Shown here one piece after another: positions 1 through 9,231 of a stretch of 64,000 nucleotides of DNA. The position numbers were made by a program, and so were the translations under genes. This stretch comes from Spirochaetaceae bacterium. GTDB lineage: Bacteria > Spirochaetota > Spirochaetia > DSM-2461. Location of the stretch: positions 465,456-529,455 of the forward strand of contig JAOPTT010000009.1 of assembly GCA_051531975.1 (NCBI GenBank). Reading direction: 5' to 3'. How positions within the stretch are numbered: position 1 is the first letter of the stretch; every line of letters begins with the position of its first letter. The notes below the pieces were generated by a model. That model was not told where the DNA came from. It searched no databases and saw only the letters and a list, made by a program, of their open reading frames with translations.

Positions 1-2160
1 ATTGATTTTGAGACATTTCTCTATGAGGGATATAATTTTACAACTGATAATAACTCAGCAATAGAAATTGAGACTTATCCTCTATCGATAGATCGAGAGT
101 TACCTCTTGTACACGGGATAATTTCAAAAGGGCAAAATTATAACATATGGCAGGTTGCTAAAAGTGGCTATATGCCTGCAGAACCTGAAGTTCCTTATCA
201 GTTTTTTTTAACAATATCTGGTAAAGGTACAAACAAGATGCATCTTAAGGCAAAATTCTATAATAGTCATAATGAAGAAGTTGGGACTGCTTATATTTTG
301 ACTCCTGAAAACAGTGTCAATTTTGAATATTTTAATTTTTTCGGTGAATATATTACACCAAAAGATACGGCATTTGTAAGAATAGATATTCTCAGTTTTA
401 GTAGACCCGAGCAGAATACCCATTGGTGGATACATGATTTCTCAATTATAGAACTATCAGAATATAGTGCACCTAATAGGATAACTATAGATTATACACC
501 AGATAATAAGGATGAACTTATACCTTTTGTAAGGATGTTTTTCTCCCCTGAGGGAGGTGAAGTTTCGATTTCATTAGGAGATAAAGAGACTTTAATAAAT
601 ACTAAGAAGTATGATTTTAGTGGTTTCTTGTGGCAGAGACTGGAAAGTTTTAAACATTTAGGCAATTCATTTCCAGTTATAATCGAAAATAAAGGTGGTT
701 TTAATGGAATAAACGAGATTGTTTTGATACCAAAATCACAGTATCTGCAGGAGTCATTTATACTTAATGAAGCCATATCAAAATCAAGAAATTTAATATC
801 TTTAGAATCAGAATATGACTTTGACTATATAGGAAGCATACAAACACAACGTAATTATACAAATCTAAGTATGGGTCGGGCTCGGACATCTTTTAATGGA
901 ACTTTATCTAATAAAATCGATCTACTTAAAGATGGAAGTTACTATTTAACAATGTATCTTGGTGGTGAAGAGAATCTAAGTAATTTTGATATATCTCTAA
1001 ATGGCATTGATAGCGATGGTAACTTTAAGAAAAAGATCTCAATTTCAAAAACTGAAACAGAAAACATCGGAGTAATTTTAGAGAATAAAGATTCGGTTAA
1101 TGGAAGTTATTTCAAAGCTGTTTCGGATTTTCCAGGACTAATACCAAATCTTCAAAAATATACAATAATTACAGATCCATTACCTAAAGGAAGCTATGAA
1201 TTAAACATAGATCTTAAATACACTGGTAAATCATTAATCGATATCAGTAAAATGAAATATTTTAATCCAAAAGAGGTTGTTGTTCCAGATTTTAAAGAAC
1301 CTGTAGATCTAGATGGGTATAGTGATTGTATTTTTATTACAAGGGATATGATAAGGCACAATTTAAGTAAAGATTTCTTGGGGATTGAATATGACCCAAC
1401 CTGTAGTGCTGATTGGTATATATCATCATCTCCAAAAGTCCTAGTTAAAAGTGGAGAGGAGTATATTATTAGTTTTAATATGAAGTCGGAAAAACTTAAT
1501 AGTAGACATACAAAAATACTATATTTAAATGATCTAGATCAGGTTATTAAAACTGATTTTATACCTGAAGTAGAAGAAAGGTTTAAAAGAAACTGGAATT
1601 CATACCAGTATATTTCAAAAGCCCCTGATAATGCAAAAAGTTTAATGTTTCATATCTGGGGTCGAGGAGACAAAAAAGAACAATCATCTTCAAGTATTAA
1701 GAACCTATCACTATACCCGTATAAAAATCTCCCATTACTAGACAGAATGTATATTAGTATGGAACCGTTAGAGACACTTTTTAAGGATATAAAAAGTGAT
1801 TCTGTATATGCGTCAATAAAGAGTTCTCCAACAATGCGTAAGTTTGAAAGCAAATATAATAATAATGAAATATCTGCATTTAAATTTGATATTAGCCCAC
1901 ACCCCATATGGGCATTAAATATAAATGGAAATGAAACAATTTCAGATACAAATTTAAATGGTTTAAGGGCATTATATTTTACTAAAGATAGTGGAGTAGC
2001 TAAAGTTGAGCCAAGATTGAAAACACACTATATCTTGGGGTTTGTTTTATGGCCTATTGGTTTTTTTATACTTTTTTACTTATATGTTTATGCAAAAAAA
2101 AGAGAATCCCTCATTGTATTATTTAGAAGGATTCTCAATAAATTATTTAATAAAGAGTAA
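1..2160 (+). CDS. 5'-truncated large membrane-anchored protein with two CBM-like beta-sandwich repeats; possibly the C-terminal part of a GT-C (YfhO/AftD-like) glycosyltransferase
   Basis: Frame is open from base 1 (IDFETFLYEG...) into the ORF at 172. It has two similar domains, a 'PHPIWALNING' segment like YfhO-type C-termini, and a C-terminal TM helix (YILGFVLWPIGFFILFYLYVY) with a basic tail. Confidence 0.5.
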   Translation: MDFETFLYEGYNFTTDNNSAIEIETYPLSIDRELPLVHGIISKGQNYNIWQVAKSGYMPAEPEVPYQFFLTISGKGTNKMHLKAKFYNSHNEEVGTAYILTPENSVNFEYFNFFGEYITPKDTAFVRIDILSFSRPEQNTHWWIHDFSIIELSEYSAPNRITIDYTPDNKDELIPFVRMFFSPEGGEVSISLGDKETLINTKKYDFSGFLWQRLESFKHLGNSFPVIIENKGGFNGINEIVLIPKSQYLQESFILNEAISKSRNLISLESEYDFDYIGSIQTQRNYTNLSMGRARTSFNGTLSNKIDLLKDGSYYLTMYLGGEENLSNFDISLNGIDSDGNFKKKISISKTETENIGVILENKDSVNGSYFKAVSDFPGLIPNLQKYTIITDPLPKGSYELNIDLKYTGKSLIDISKMKYFNPKEVVVPDFKEPVDLDGYSDCIFITRDMIRHNLSKDFLGIEYDPTCSADWYISSSPKVLVKSGEEYIISFNMKSEKLNSRHTKILYLNDLDQVIKTDFIPEVEERFKRNWNSYQYISKAPDNAKSLMFHIWGRGDKKEQSSSSIKNLSLYPYKNLPLLDRMYISMEPLETLFKDIKSDSVYASIKSSPTMRKFESKYNNNEISAFKFDISPHPIWALNINGNETISDTNLNGLRALYFTKDSGVAKVEPRLKTHYILGFVLWPIGFFILFYLYVYAKKRESLIVLFRRILNKLFNKE

Positions 2161-4119
2161 TGTATGATTTATATTTCCATTTAAGTCTAGAAACCAATCA
2201 CTGTCTGATAAACCATCACTATCAACCCAGCTATCATAATTAGTATACACCTGGTTTATCTCTACATCATCTTTAGGGTATTTGAAGCTTGAAGGTAAAT
2301 TAAGCGCCCAAGGACGATTATTTACAGTTTTATAGCTATCACCGTCAATTACTGTACTATAATCACTAGTTAAAACACTATTGTCATCGACGGAATTAAA
2401 ATAATCAATATGCACAAGATCTGTTGGAGCTTTCCCAGGTAGGTGAACTTCCCTTCCTCTCTCTCCATTACTCATAATAAACGGGTTATATGGAGGGTAA
2501 CCAAGATCGTTTCTAGTTACAGGATCTGTAAACTCAACAGTAATAACCATTTCAGTTCCAACATTCTCTACAAAATGTTGTTGTGCTGATTCAAAAATTC
2601 CAATTACAGCTTTAGATTGACGTTTTTCAGTTCCATTATTATCTCTTTTTATATATCCTCTTGAGAATTCTCCTCCTGTTGTATTTGCTATGTTATCAGG
2701 ACTTAAACCTAGTTCTATAGCAAATCCATTATTCATACTAGCTAGCATTCCTTGTATTAAGAACCAAGCCTTTATTGATACTACATCACCTGCTGAATTT
2801 TTATACTCTTCTATTCTTATATCGATTACTAAATCGTTAAAATCATAATCACCCATATGTGGCCAAAGATCCTCATACGCTAGTGTTCCATAATTACCTT
2901 CTGAAGGGTAGTAGTCTATTGCTGATAAATTACTATTATTAGGAAAGCTATCTAATGTATCAATTATTCCATCTCCATCACTATCTATTGTAGGACTATC
3001 TTCAGGTACTACTATACCATCCTTATCTATTGCAGTAATTGGGTTAGACTCTACAGAAAATATTGCGTCATTGAAGTCGTTATCACCATATGGTCTTTCA
3101 AGGTCTTCAAAAGATATAATAACTCTTTCATCAAATGCTATCTGAACAACATGTTGATTATTAGGACTTTCTTCTTTATTTAATTCATCTATAGAGTAGA
3201 ATGTATTATTACCATTTCCAACACTTGAGTCCGATTCAAAGCCATTTGCAACAAGTGCCCAGGCTATTGTTGTTCCAGCAGAAAAATCACCAATCTTTAC
3301 AGTATCACCTGAAGTTAAACCACCACCACTTCCACTATATGAAACATTTGGATAAATTATTGTAAGATCACTTTTTTCTATAGTACTTGGAATTCCACTA
3401 TTAGTTTGATATGTAAAAAATAGTAGTACATTTTTATATCCTGCACCTTCATGGACAAAAGTTACAAAGACTTCACCATCTTCGACAATACTTATATTAG
3501 TAATAGCACCATCAGAAAGATATTGAGGGTTATTTTCAGGAACAGGCTGATTTTCTGGAAGAACTGAGTTTAATACAGTTAAAAAATCTGATGTAAACAG
3601 TTCATTACTAAGAATATAATCGGGAACACCACTATTATCCCAGCTTCCTAAAGTTTGATAAGCACTATCTTGTTTTGATTTTGGTTTTCCTCTGGAAAAA
3701 TATGTAGCATTATTTAAATCTTTGGAAAAATATGTATATTTTATCTCACCATTTATCAAAGGAACCACGATAGATTGTGGAAGACCAATATAATCTGTTT
3801 TTAGAACTATTTCGGTTACATATGCTGGTATCGTTGTTGTTGTAGTTATCTTACCATTTCTATTAGAAATAACTGAAAGTCTTTTTTGCGTATCAAAATA
3901 TATATTTATAGGTACGCTGCTAAAAACAGTATCTATATCAAATGAAACTAGATTTGATGTTTCATAATTAAATTTTTCATTTTCAACAATAATGATATCA
4001 TTATCATCACCAATATTATCTTCAATAATTTCTTCAAAGTTATCATCTATTTGCTCAAAAAACGGGTTTTCACAAGATAAAGAAATTATTATTGTTATTA
4101 AAATCGCTATATATTTCAT
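2143..4119 (-). CDS. LruC/DUF4842-domain lipoprotein with DUF4114-like and thrombospondin type-3-like Ca-binding motifs
   Basis: GGAGG SD before ATG at 4119; signal MKYIAILITIIISLS-C; motifs FVHEGAGYKN, FEDLERPYGDNDFND, DSDGDGIIDTLDSFP, AYEDLWPHMGDYDFNDLV, REVHLPGKAPT, PWAL. Confidence 0.85.
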   Translation of the reverse strand: MKYIAILITIIISLSCENPFFEQIDDNFEEIIEDNIGDDNDIIIVENEKFNYETSNLVSFDIDTVFSSVPINIYFDTQKRLSVISNRNGKITTTTTIPAYVTEIVLKTDYIGLPQSIVVPLINGEIKYTYFSKDLNNATYFSRGKPKSKQDSAYQTLGSWDNSGVPDYILSNELFTSDFLTVLNSVLPENQPVPENNPQYLSDGAITNISIVEDGEVFVTFVHEGAGYKNVLLFFTYQTNSGIPSTIEKSDLTIIYPNVSYSGSGGGLTSGDTVKIGDFSAGTTIAWALVANGFESDSSVGNGNNTFYSIDELNKEESPNNQHVVQIAFDERVIISFEDLERPYGDNDFNDAIFSVESNPITAIDKDGIVVPEDSPTIDSDGDGIIDTLDSFPNNSNLSAIDYYPSEGNYGTLAYEDLWPHMGDYDFNDLVIDIRIEEYKNSAGDVVSIKAWFLIQGMLASMNNGFAIELGLSPDNIANTTGGEFSRGYIKRDNNGTEKRQSKAVIGIFESAQQHFVENVGTEMVITVEFTDPVTRNDLGYPPYNPFIMSNGERGREVHLPGKAPTDLVHIDYFNSVDDNSVLTSDYSTVIDGDSYKTVNNRPWALNLPSSFKYPKDDVEINQVYTNYDSWVDSDGLSDSDWFLDLNGNINHTLLFIK

Positions 4120-4142
4120 ACTAGCCTCCGCATATAAATAAT

Positions 4143-4160
4143 ATGCACAAACCGTACCAA
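4143..4160 (-). promoter_or_regulatory. sigma54 (-24/-12) promoter for the LruC gene
   Basis: Minus strand reads TTGGTACGGTTTGTGCAT, i.e. GG-N10-GC, close to consensus TGGCAC-N5-TTGCA; lies just upstream of the SD and ATG. Confidence 0.8.
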
Positions 4161-4162
4161 GT

Positions 4163-5533
4163 TTACGAAATATTATGCTTATCCATCTTGTAATAGAGTT
4201 GTCTTCTAGAAACCCCAAGTTCCTCTGCAACAATTGATTTATTAAATCGATTCTTTTTTAAGCATTTTTTTATTAACTGTATCTCTAAGTAATCAATATT
4301 TTCTTGGAGATTAAATGAATCTATTTCTTTGTGACTCTTAGCTGTATTTGAGTTTAAACTGGATAGTGGAATATCATCTACAGTAATTGTAGTTGATTCA
4401 CACATTGCAAAGGATCGGGCAATAATATTTTCTAGTTCCCTAATATTTCCTGGAAAATCAAAACTTTGCAATTTTTTAACTGCATCTTTATTAATCGTAA
4501 CTTCTTTCTCATACTCATTATTAAAGTTACGTAAAAAGGTATCGATTAGGATGGGAACATCATCTATACGTTCCCTTAATGGTGGAATCTCTATTGGAAT
4601 AATATTTAATCTATAATATAAATCTTCTCTAAATTCGCCATTAGAAATAAGTTTAGAAAGGTTTCTATTTGTTGCAGTAATTATTCTTGCATCAGAAAAT
4701 AGTTTTTCAGTCCCTCCTACTCTTTCAAAAGAACCATCTTGCAATACCCTAAGAAGTTTTACCTGTAGACTAATATCCATATCTCCAATTTCATCAAGAA
4801 AAAGTGTTCCTTGATTAGCTAATTCAAAACGACCTTTTTTACTAGTTATAGCCCCTGTGAAGGCCCCTTTTTCGTAACCAAACATCTCACTTTCTAAAAG
4901 GGTAGAAACAATTCCAGCACTATTGGTTTTAATATACGATCTGTTTTGCCTACTACTTCCGTAGTGTATCTGGTCAGCAATTATCTCTTTACCTGTACCA
5001 CTCTCGCCTAATATTAGCACAGGGAAATTACTATTCTGAGCTGTTTTTATCATTTTATGAACACTTAACATTGAATTACTAGAGGCAACAAAATCCTTTG
5101 TAATAGTTAAAATCGAGACTCTTTTCTCTAGCAAAGAAATTTTAAACTCATTACTTATAATAGTGAACAGTTGATTGAGTTTTAATATCAATTCTTCTAG
5201 TATTATAGGTTTAGATATATAGTCATAGACCCCTTTTTTAATAAAAGAGATTGCATTTGTAACGCTTCCACTACCAGTTATAACTATAATGTATGGAGGA
5301 TGTTCATATTTAAGTAGAATATCGATTAATACACTACCACCTTTTTTAGGCATTTTTAAATCAACTAATACAATATCAAATTTTATAAGATTTAGTTCGG
5401 TTATTGCACTATCTACAGAAGATACACATTTTAGAAATATTTCGTCCCATATTTCTGATCTTCTTAAACCACGCTCTAAGGAGTTTAAATACGATGTTTC
5501 ATCGTCAACAATTAGTATACTTTTTTTTATCAT
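4163..5533 (-). CDS. NtrC/AtoC-family sigma54-dependent response regulator (REC-AAA+-Fis HTH)
   Basis: IVDDE...DLKMP receiver; GESGTGKE Walker A; ESEMFGYEKGAFTGA; LFLDEIG; FREDLYYRL; FPGNIRELEN; C-terminal HTH. Confidence 0.95.
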   Translation of the reverse strand: MIKKSILIVDDETSYLNSLERGLRRSEIWDEIFLKCVSSVDSAITELNLIKFDIVLVDLKMPKKGGSVLIDILLKYEHPPYIIVITGSGSVTNAISFIKKGVYDYISKPIILEELILKLNQLFTIISNEFKISLLEKRVSILTITKDFVASSNSMLSVHKMIKTAQNSNFPVLILGESGTGKEIIADQIHYGSSRQNRSYIKTNSAGIVSTLLESEMFGYEKGAFTGAITSKKGRFELANQGTLFLDEIGDMDISLQVKLLRVLQDGSFERVGGTEKLFSDARIITATNRNLSKLISNGEFREDLYYRLNIIPIEIPPLRERIDDVPILIDTFLRNFNNEYEKEVTINKDAVKKLQSFDFPGNIRELENIIARSFAMCESTTITVDDIPLSSLNSNTAKSHKEIDSFNLQENIDYLEIQLIKKCLKKNRFNKSIVAEELGVSRRQLYYKMDKHNIS

Positions 5534-5626
5534 AAATTTGTTTTCCTAATATTAATAGTATATGATTAATTGATAATATACAAATTTTGCACACTTTGAG
5601 TTAATCTTTTCTCATAAGGAAATAAA

Positions 5627-6826
5627 ATGAAAATTAAAGAAAAAGTTATCTATCCATTTCTTGATATTCTTTTAAATGGTTTTAATTATGGTTTTCATGT
5701 TTACACTAGTTGGTATTTAATAAAAAGATCCTACGCTGTTCTAAACGCCTATTTAGCCCTTGTTTCACTTCTTATGGTTATTGGAATAGCACTTCAGAGT
5801 TACAATGCAAAACTCTCAGCAGGGGTTAAGATTTCCGGAACAGATTTAAAATTAGTAAATCCTTTTATTATTATGGGAATTCCATCAATTCTTTTAATCA
5901 TATTTTCACCTATTATTGTCCCATTCCTAAAAGGAGATTTTTTATCTTTAATTATAATCTCTATACTTCTTATTTTGCACTCGGTTTTAAGTAGTGGCCG
6001 AGGGTTAATGCAGGGGCAGGGAAGCTTCCTAAAACTTAATGTTAGTTTCTATATTGAAGTTATAGTTAAGATTGCTTTTTTAATAATATTTATGCCTAGG
6101 TTTCCTAATATTTATATCCCACTTCTTTCTATATTATTAGGTTATACCATAGCCCTGGTGCACCTTAAGTTTTATGTTGTTACTCTTAAAATTAGAAAAC
6201 TTCAACTAATGGGTGTTAAAAGCTTTTTGAAAAATAAAAAGATTGTTGTTTTCATTTTGAGTCAGTTTTTCATCTATAGTTATTTCTCAATGGATATGAT
6301 TCTAGTTAATGGATTACATCAGGAATTCGCACCTATATACGCGATAGTCCAAAAATTGGGTATGATCCAGTTTTTTGTTGGAAGTAGTTTAATGGCAGTT
6401 TTTTTACCTGAACTTGCGGATAATAGTATTGATAATTATGAATTTGAGAGAAGGTGGAAACGATTTCTTATTATACTAGTTATAGTATTAGCTTTCTTTC
6501 AGATATTCTATAACACTGTTTTCAAAATGATACTTCCATATATGTTTGGTGAACAATATCTTTCAGCAGGAGACTGGGTTCCATATGGAGGGGTGATATT
6601 TGCACTTTTAGTAATAATTAATTTCTTTATCATTACACTATTGGCCAAAAATAGCAGGATCTTTAATGTTGTTTTATTTGCTGGACTAGTTTTAGTGTCA
6701 GTTGGCATCATAATTGCAAGATCTATTAGTGAGGTACTGCTAATTGAAGGTATCGTGTATTTTGTTATCGCTCTAAGCTTATATGGAGTTATACTTAAGG
6801 AGAAAAAGAGATGGAATATAATTTAA
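5627..6826 (+). CDS. Wzx/MOP-like oligosaccharide flippase
   Basis: About 12 hydrophobic segments; RGLMQGQGSF, MDMILV and MFGEQY motifs typical of polysaccharide flippases; first gene of a GT operon. Confidence 0.7.
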   Translation: MKIKEKVIYPFLDILLNGFNYGFHVYTSWYLIKRSYAVLNAYLALVSLLMVIGIALQSYNAKLSAGVKISGTDLKLVNPFIIMGIPSILLIIFSPIIVPFLKGDFLSLIIISILLILHSVLSSGRGLMQGQGSFLKLNVSFYIEVIVKIAFLIIFMPRFPNIYIPLLSILLGYTIALVHLKFYVVTLKIRKLQLMGVKSFLKNKKIVVFILSQFFIYSYFSMDMILVNGLHQEFAPIYAIVQKLGMIQFFVGSSLMAVFLPELADNSIDNYEFERRWKRFLIILVIVLAFFQIFYNTVFKMILPYMFGEQYLSAGDWVPYGGVIFALLVIINFFIITLLAKNSRIFNVVLFAGLVLVSVGIIIARSISEVLLIEGIVYFVIALSLYGVILKEKKRWNII

Positions 6827-7971
6827 AAAAAAGTGATCTAAAAACAATATTATTTTTATCATGGAGAGATATTAAAGCACCTAAAATGGGTGGAGCTGAA
6901 ATTTTTACCCACGAAATGCTTAAAAGAATGGATAAAAAGAACTATAGAATATTACACTATTCACCTCTATTCAAGGATTGTACCGAAGAGGAAGAAATCG
7001 ATGGTATTCTTTATATTAGAAGTGGTTCTATTTTTACAGTTATATCTAAAGCAGTAAATTTTTATAAACAAAACAGAGATAAAATTGATTATGTAGTTAA
7101 TCAGTGTAATACACATCGGTTTTTTACAAAGTTCTGGGTTGAAAAGAGTAAAAGGATTTTTTTCATTCATCAGTTAACTAGGAAAATATGGTTTTACCAT
7201 ACAAAGTTTCCATTTAGCTTAATTGGTTATTTATTAGAGAAACCTCTATTAAAGCTAAATAAAAAAGATCTAACAATTACTGTTAGTGATTCTACAAAAA
7301 AGGATCTTGAAGCTATAGGTTTTTCTCCAGATAAGATCTCTATACTTCCTGAAGGTCTTAGTTTTACTCCTTGGAGTATCGATGATTTTAAAAAGAAAGA
7401 AGAAAATCCTACTTTTATCTATGTAGGGCGTTTTGCAAAATATAAAGGGATAGACGATGCTATTAAAGCATTTTCATTAGTAAAAGCAAATTACCCAGAA
7501 GCTAAACTTTGGATTGTTGGTAAAATCAATGTTGACTATATGGAGAAGCAACTTAATCCTTTATGTCGTGATTGCGGACTATCTGTTTCTACAGATAATT
7601 TACAAGGAGATGTTGAGTATAAAGGCTTTGTGACAGAAGAAGAAAAACTAAACTTAATGAGCCGCGCTCACCTTCTTATATTTCCTTCAATTAGAGAAGG
7701 ATGGGGATTAACAATTTCAGAAGCAGCAGCAGTAGGGACACCTAGTCTTGTATATAATGCTTCAGGTACAAGAGATGCTGTTCAACATGGAGAGAGTGGT
7801 TACATGGTCGATATCGGTAATATTCAAGGGCTAAGGGATTCGATGCAGGAGTCAATTACTTTGACCCAAGAATACAATGATATACGATTTAAAGCTTATG
7901 AGTTAAGTAAAACTCTTCATTGGGATAATACAGCTATTAAATTTAAAGAGTTTTGTGATAGAGAGTTGTAG
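6811..7971 (+). CDS. Glycosyltransferase family 4 (GT-B)
   Basis: SWRDIKAPKMGGAE, TVSDST, YVGRFAKYKG, PSIREGWGLTISEAAAVGTP. Confidence 0.92.
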   Translation: MEYNLKKSDLKTILFLSWRDIKAPKMGGAEIFTHEMLKRMDKKNYRILHYSPLFKDCTEEEEIDGILYIRSGSIFTVISKAVNFYKQNRDKIDYVVNQCNTHRFFTKFWVEKSKRIFFIHQLTRKIWFYHTKFPFSLIGYLLEKPLLKLNKKDLTITVSDSTKKDLEAIGFSPDKISILPEGLSFTPWSIDDFKKKEENPTFIYVGRFAKYKGIDDAIKAFSLVKANYPEAKLWIVGKINVDYMEKQLNPLCRDCGLSVSTDNLQGDVEYKGFVTEEEKLNLMSRAHLLIFPSIREGWGLTISEAAAVGTPSLVYNASGTRDAVQHGESGYMVDIGNIQGLRDSMQESITLTQEYNDIRFKAYELSKTLHWDNTAIKFKEFCDREL

Positions 7972-7980
7972 GAGATTAAA

Positions 7981-8859
7981 ATGAATAATTTAGTATCTAT
8001 AGTAATAACTACGTATAACAACAAATTAAAGGTAGACGAAGCCATATTAAGTTCAGTACATCAGAGCCATAAAAACCTTAATATTATTGTTGTTGATGAC
8101 GGATCAATTGATGGCACCCCTGAACACTTAACATCTCTTGCTGAAGAACATTCTGGGTTAAAATTAATTCTTAAAGAGCACGGAGAGAGAGGATTAGCTC
8201 GGGAAGCAGGTATAAAACTTTCAATGGAATTAGGTAGTGATTATCTGTTTTTTATGGATGATGATATGATTCTAGACTATCAGTTAGTAGAACTATGCCT
8301 TAAGTATTTTACATCTTATGAGAATTTAGGAGCTTTAGTAATACCTGAGAGACCATATTCAACTTATACAAATTTCTACAGTAAAGTAAAAGTATTTGAA
8401 AGGTCTATTATTAATAATGCAGGTAGGACCCTAGGGAAAAACTCAATTGAGGCTGCACGGTTTTGGAAGATGAATGCATATAACCAATCAGGTGGGCTAA
8501 ATCCCACAGAGATATCATTCGAGGAGACTCAACCAACAATAAGATATAGGGATAATGGTGGATATATTTTAAGAGCAGTTGATACATTTCTACGTCATGA
8601 TGAAAAAGAAGCAACATTTAAAGGGATAATTTCCAAAAAATATTACTACTTTAACTTAATGAATAAGACTTTCGAGTCAGAAGATAAAGGTTTTTTAAAG
8701 GCTCTAAGTAGATGGTATTTTTTTAGACCCGTACTATATAGAGCAGGTAATATACTTAGAGCTCTTAGGCATCCCATATTAGCTATGGGCATGTTTTTTA
8801 TGTATGTTTGCCTAAGTTTTACTGGCGTTGTTGCACTACTTAGAAAGCCTAGACTTTAA
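7981..8859 (+). CDS. Glycosyltransferase family 2 (GT-A) with C-terminal hydrophobic segment
   Basis: VSIVITTYN, VVDDGSIDGT, GLAREAG, FFMDDD (DxD). Confidence 0.9.
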   Translation: MNNLVSIVITTYNNKLKVDEAILSSVHQSHKNLNIIVVDDGSIDGTPEHLTSLAEEHSGLKLILKEHGERGLAREAGIKLSMELGSDYLFFMDDDMILDYQLVELCLKYFTSYENLGALVIPERPYSTYTNFYSKVKVFERSIINNAGRTLGKNSIEAARFWKMNAYNQSGGLNPTEISFEETQPTIRYRDNGGYILRAVDTFLRHDEKEATFKGIISKKYYYFNLMNKTFESEDKGFLKALSRWYFFRPVLYRAGNILRALRHPILAMGMFFMYVCLSFTGVVALLRKPRL

Positions 8860-9231
8860 ATAAGCTGCGTAATCAATTGATTCATTTATAATCTTGATTG
8901 CATCAGCTTCAAGTTTCCAGGGTTTGGTTATAAATCTATATACTTCACCACTATTCATTGCGTGTAATATTGTTGTTACATCAGCATAACCTGTAAGCAT
9001 AACACGTACACTTCCAGGGGAGCACTCTTTTGATTTCTGTAGCAACTCAAAACCATTCATTTCTGGCATTAGAATATCAGATATAATAACATCAGGTTTT
9101 CTTAAATTTATTTCCTTTAAAGCATCAATAGCACTTGTAAAGTAAAAACCATTAAAATCTTCATTCCTAAAAGCTCTTTTTATACTATTTAATACACTTT
9201 GTTCATCATCTATAAAAAATACTTCATTCAT
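8836..9231 (-). CDS. Stand-alone response regulator receiver protein
   Basis: FIDDE, ISDILMPEMNG, LTGYAD, TKPW; start overlaps upstream stop (ATGA). Confidence 0.92.
   Translation of the reverse strand: MNEVFFIDDEQSVLNSIKRAFRNEDFNGFYFTSAIDALKEINLRKPDVIISDILMPEMNGFELLQKSKECSPGSVRVMLTGYADVTTILHAMNSGEVYRFITKPWKLEADAIKIINESIDYAAYLKSRLSK

Noticed and set aside
4120..4233. N-terminal extensions in the ORF track (also at 13461, 14707, 23566, 27711, 29876, 33771, 53780, 62160)
   Set aside because: Downstream ATGs have better SD or promoter support and restore signal peptides or family-typical starts. Several extensions overlap neighbouring genes, promoters or operators.
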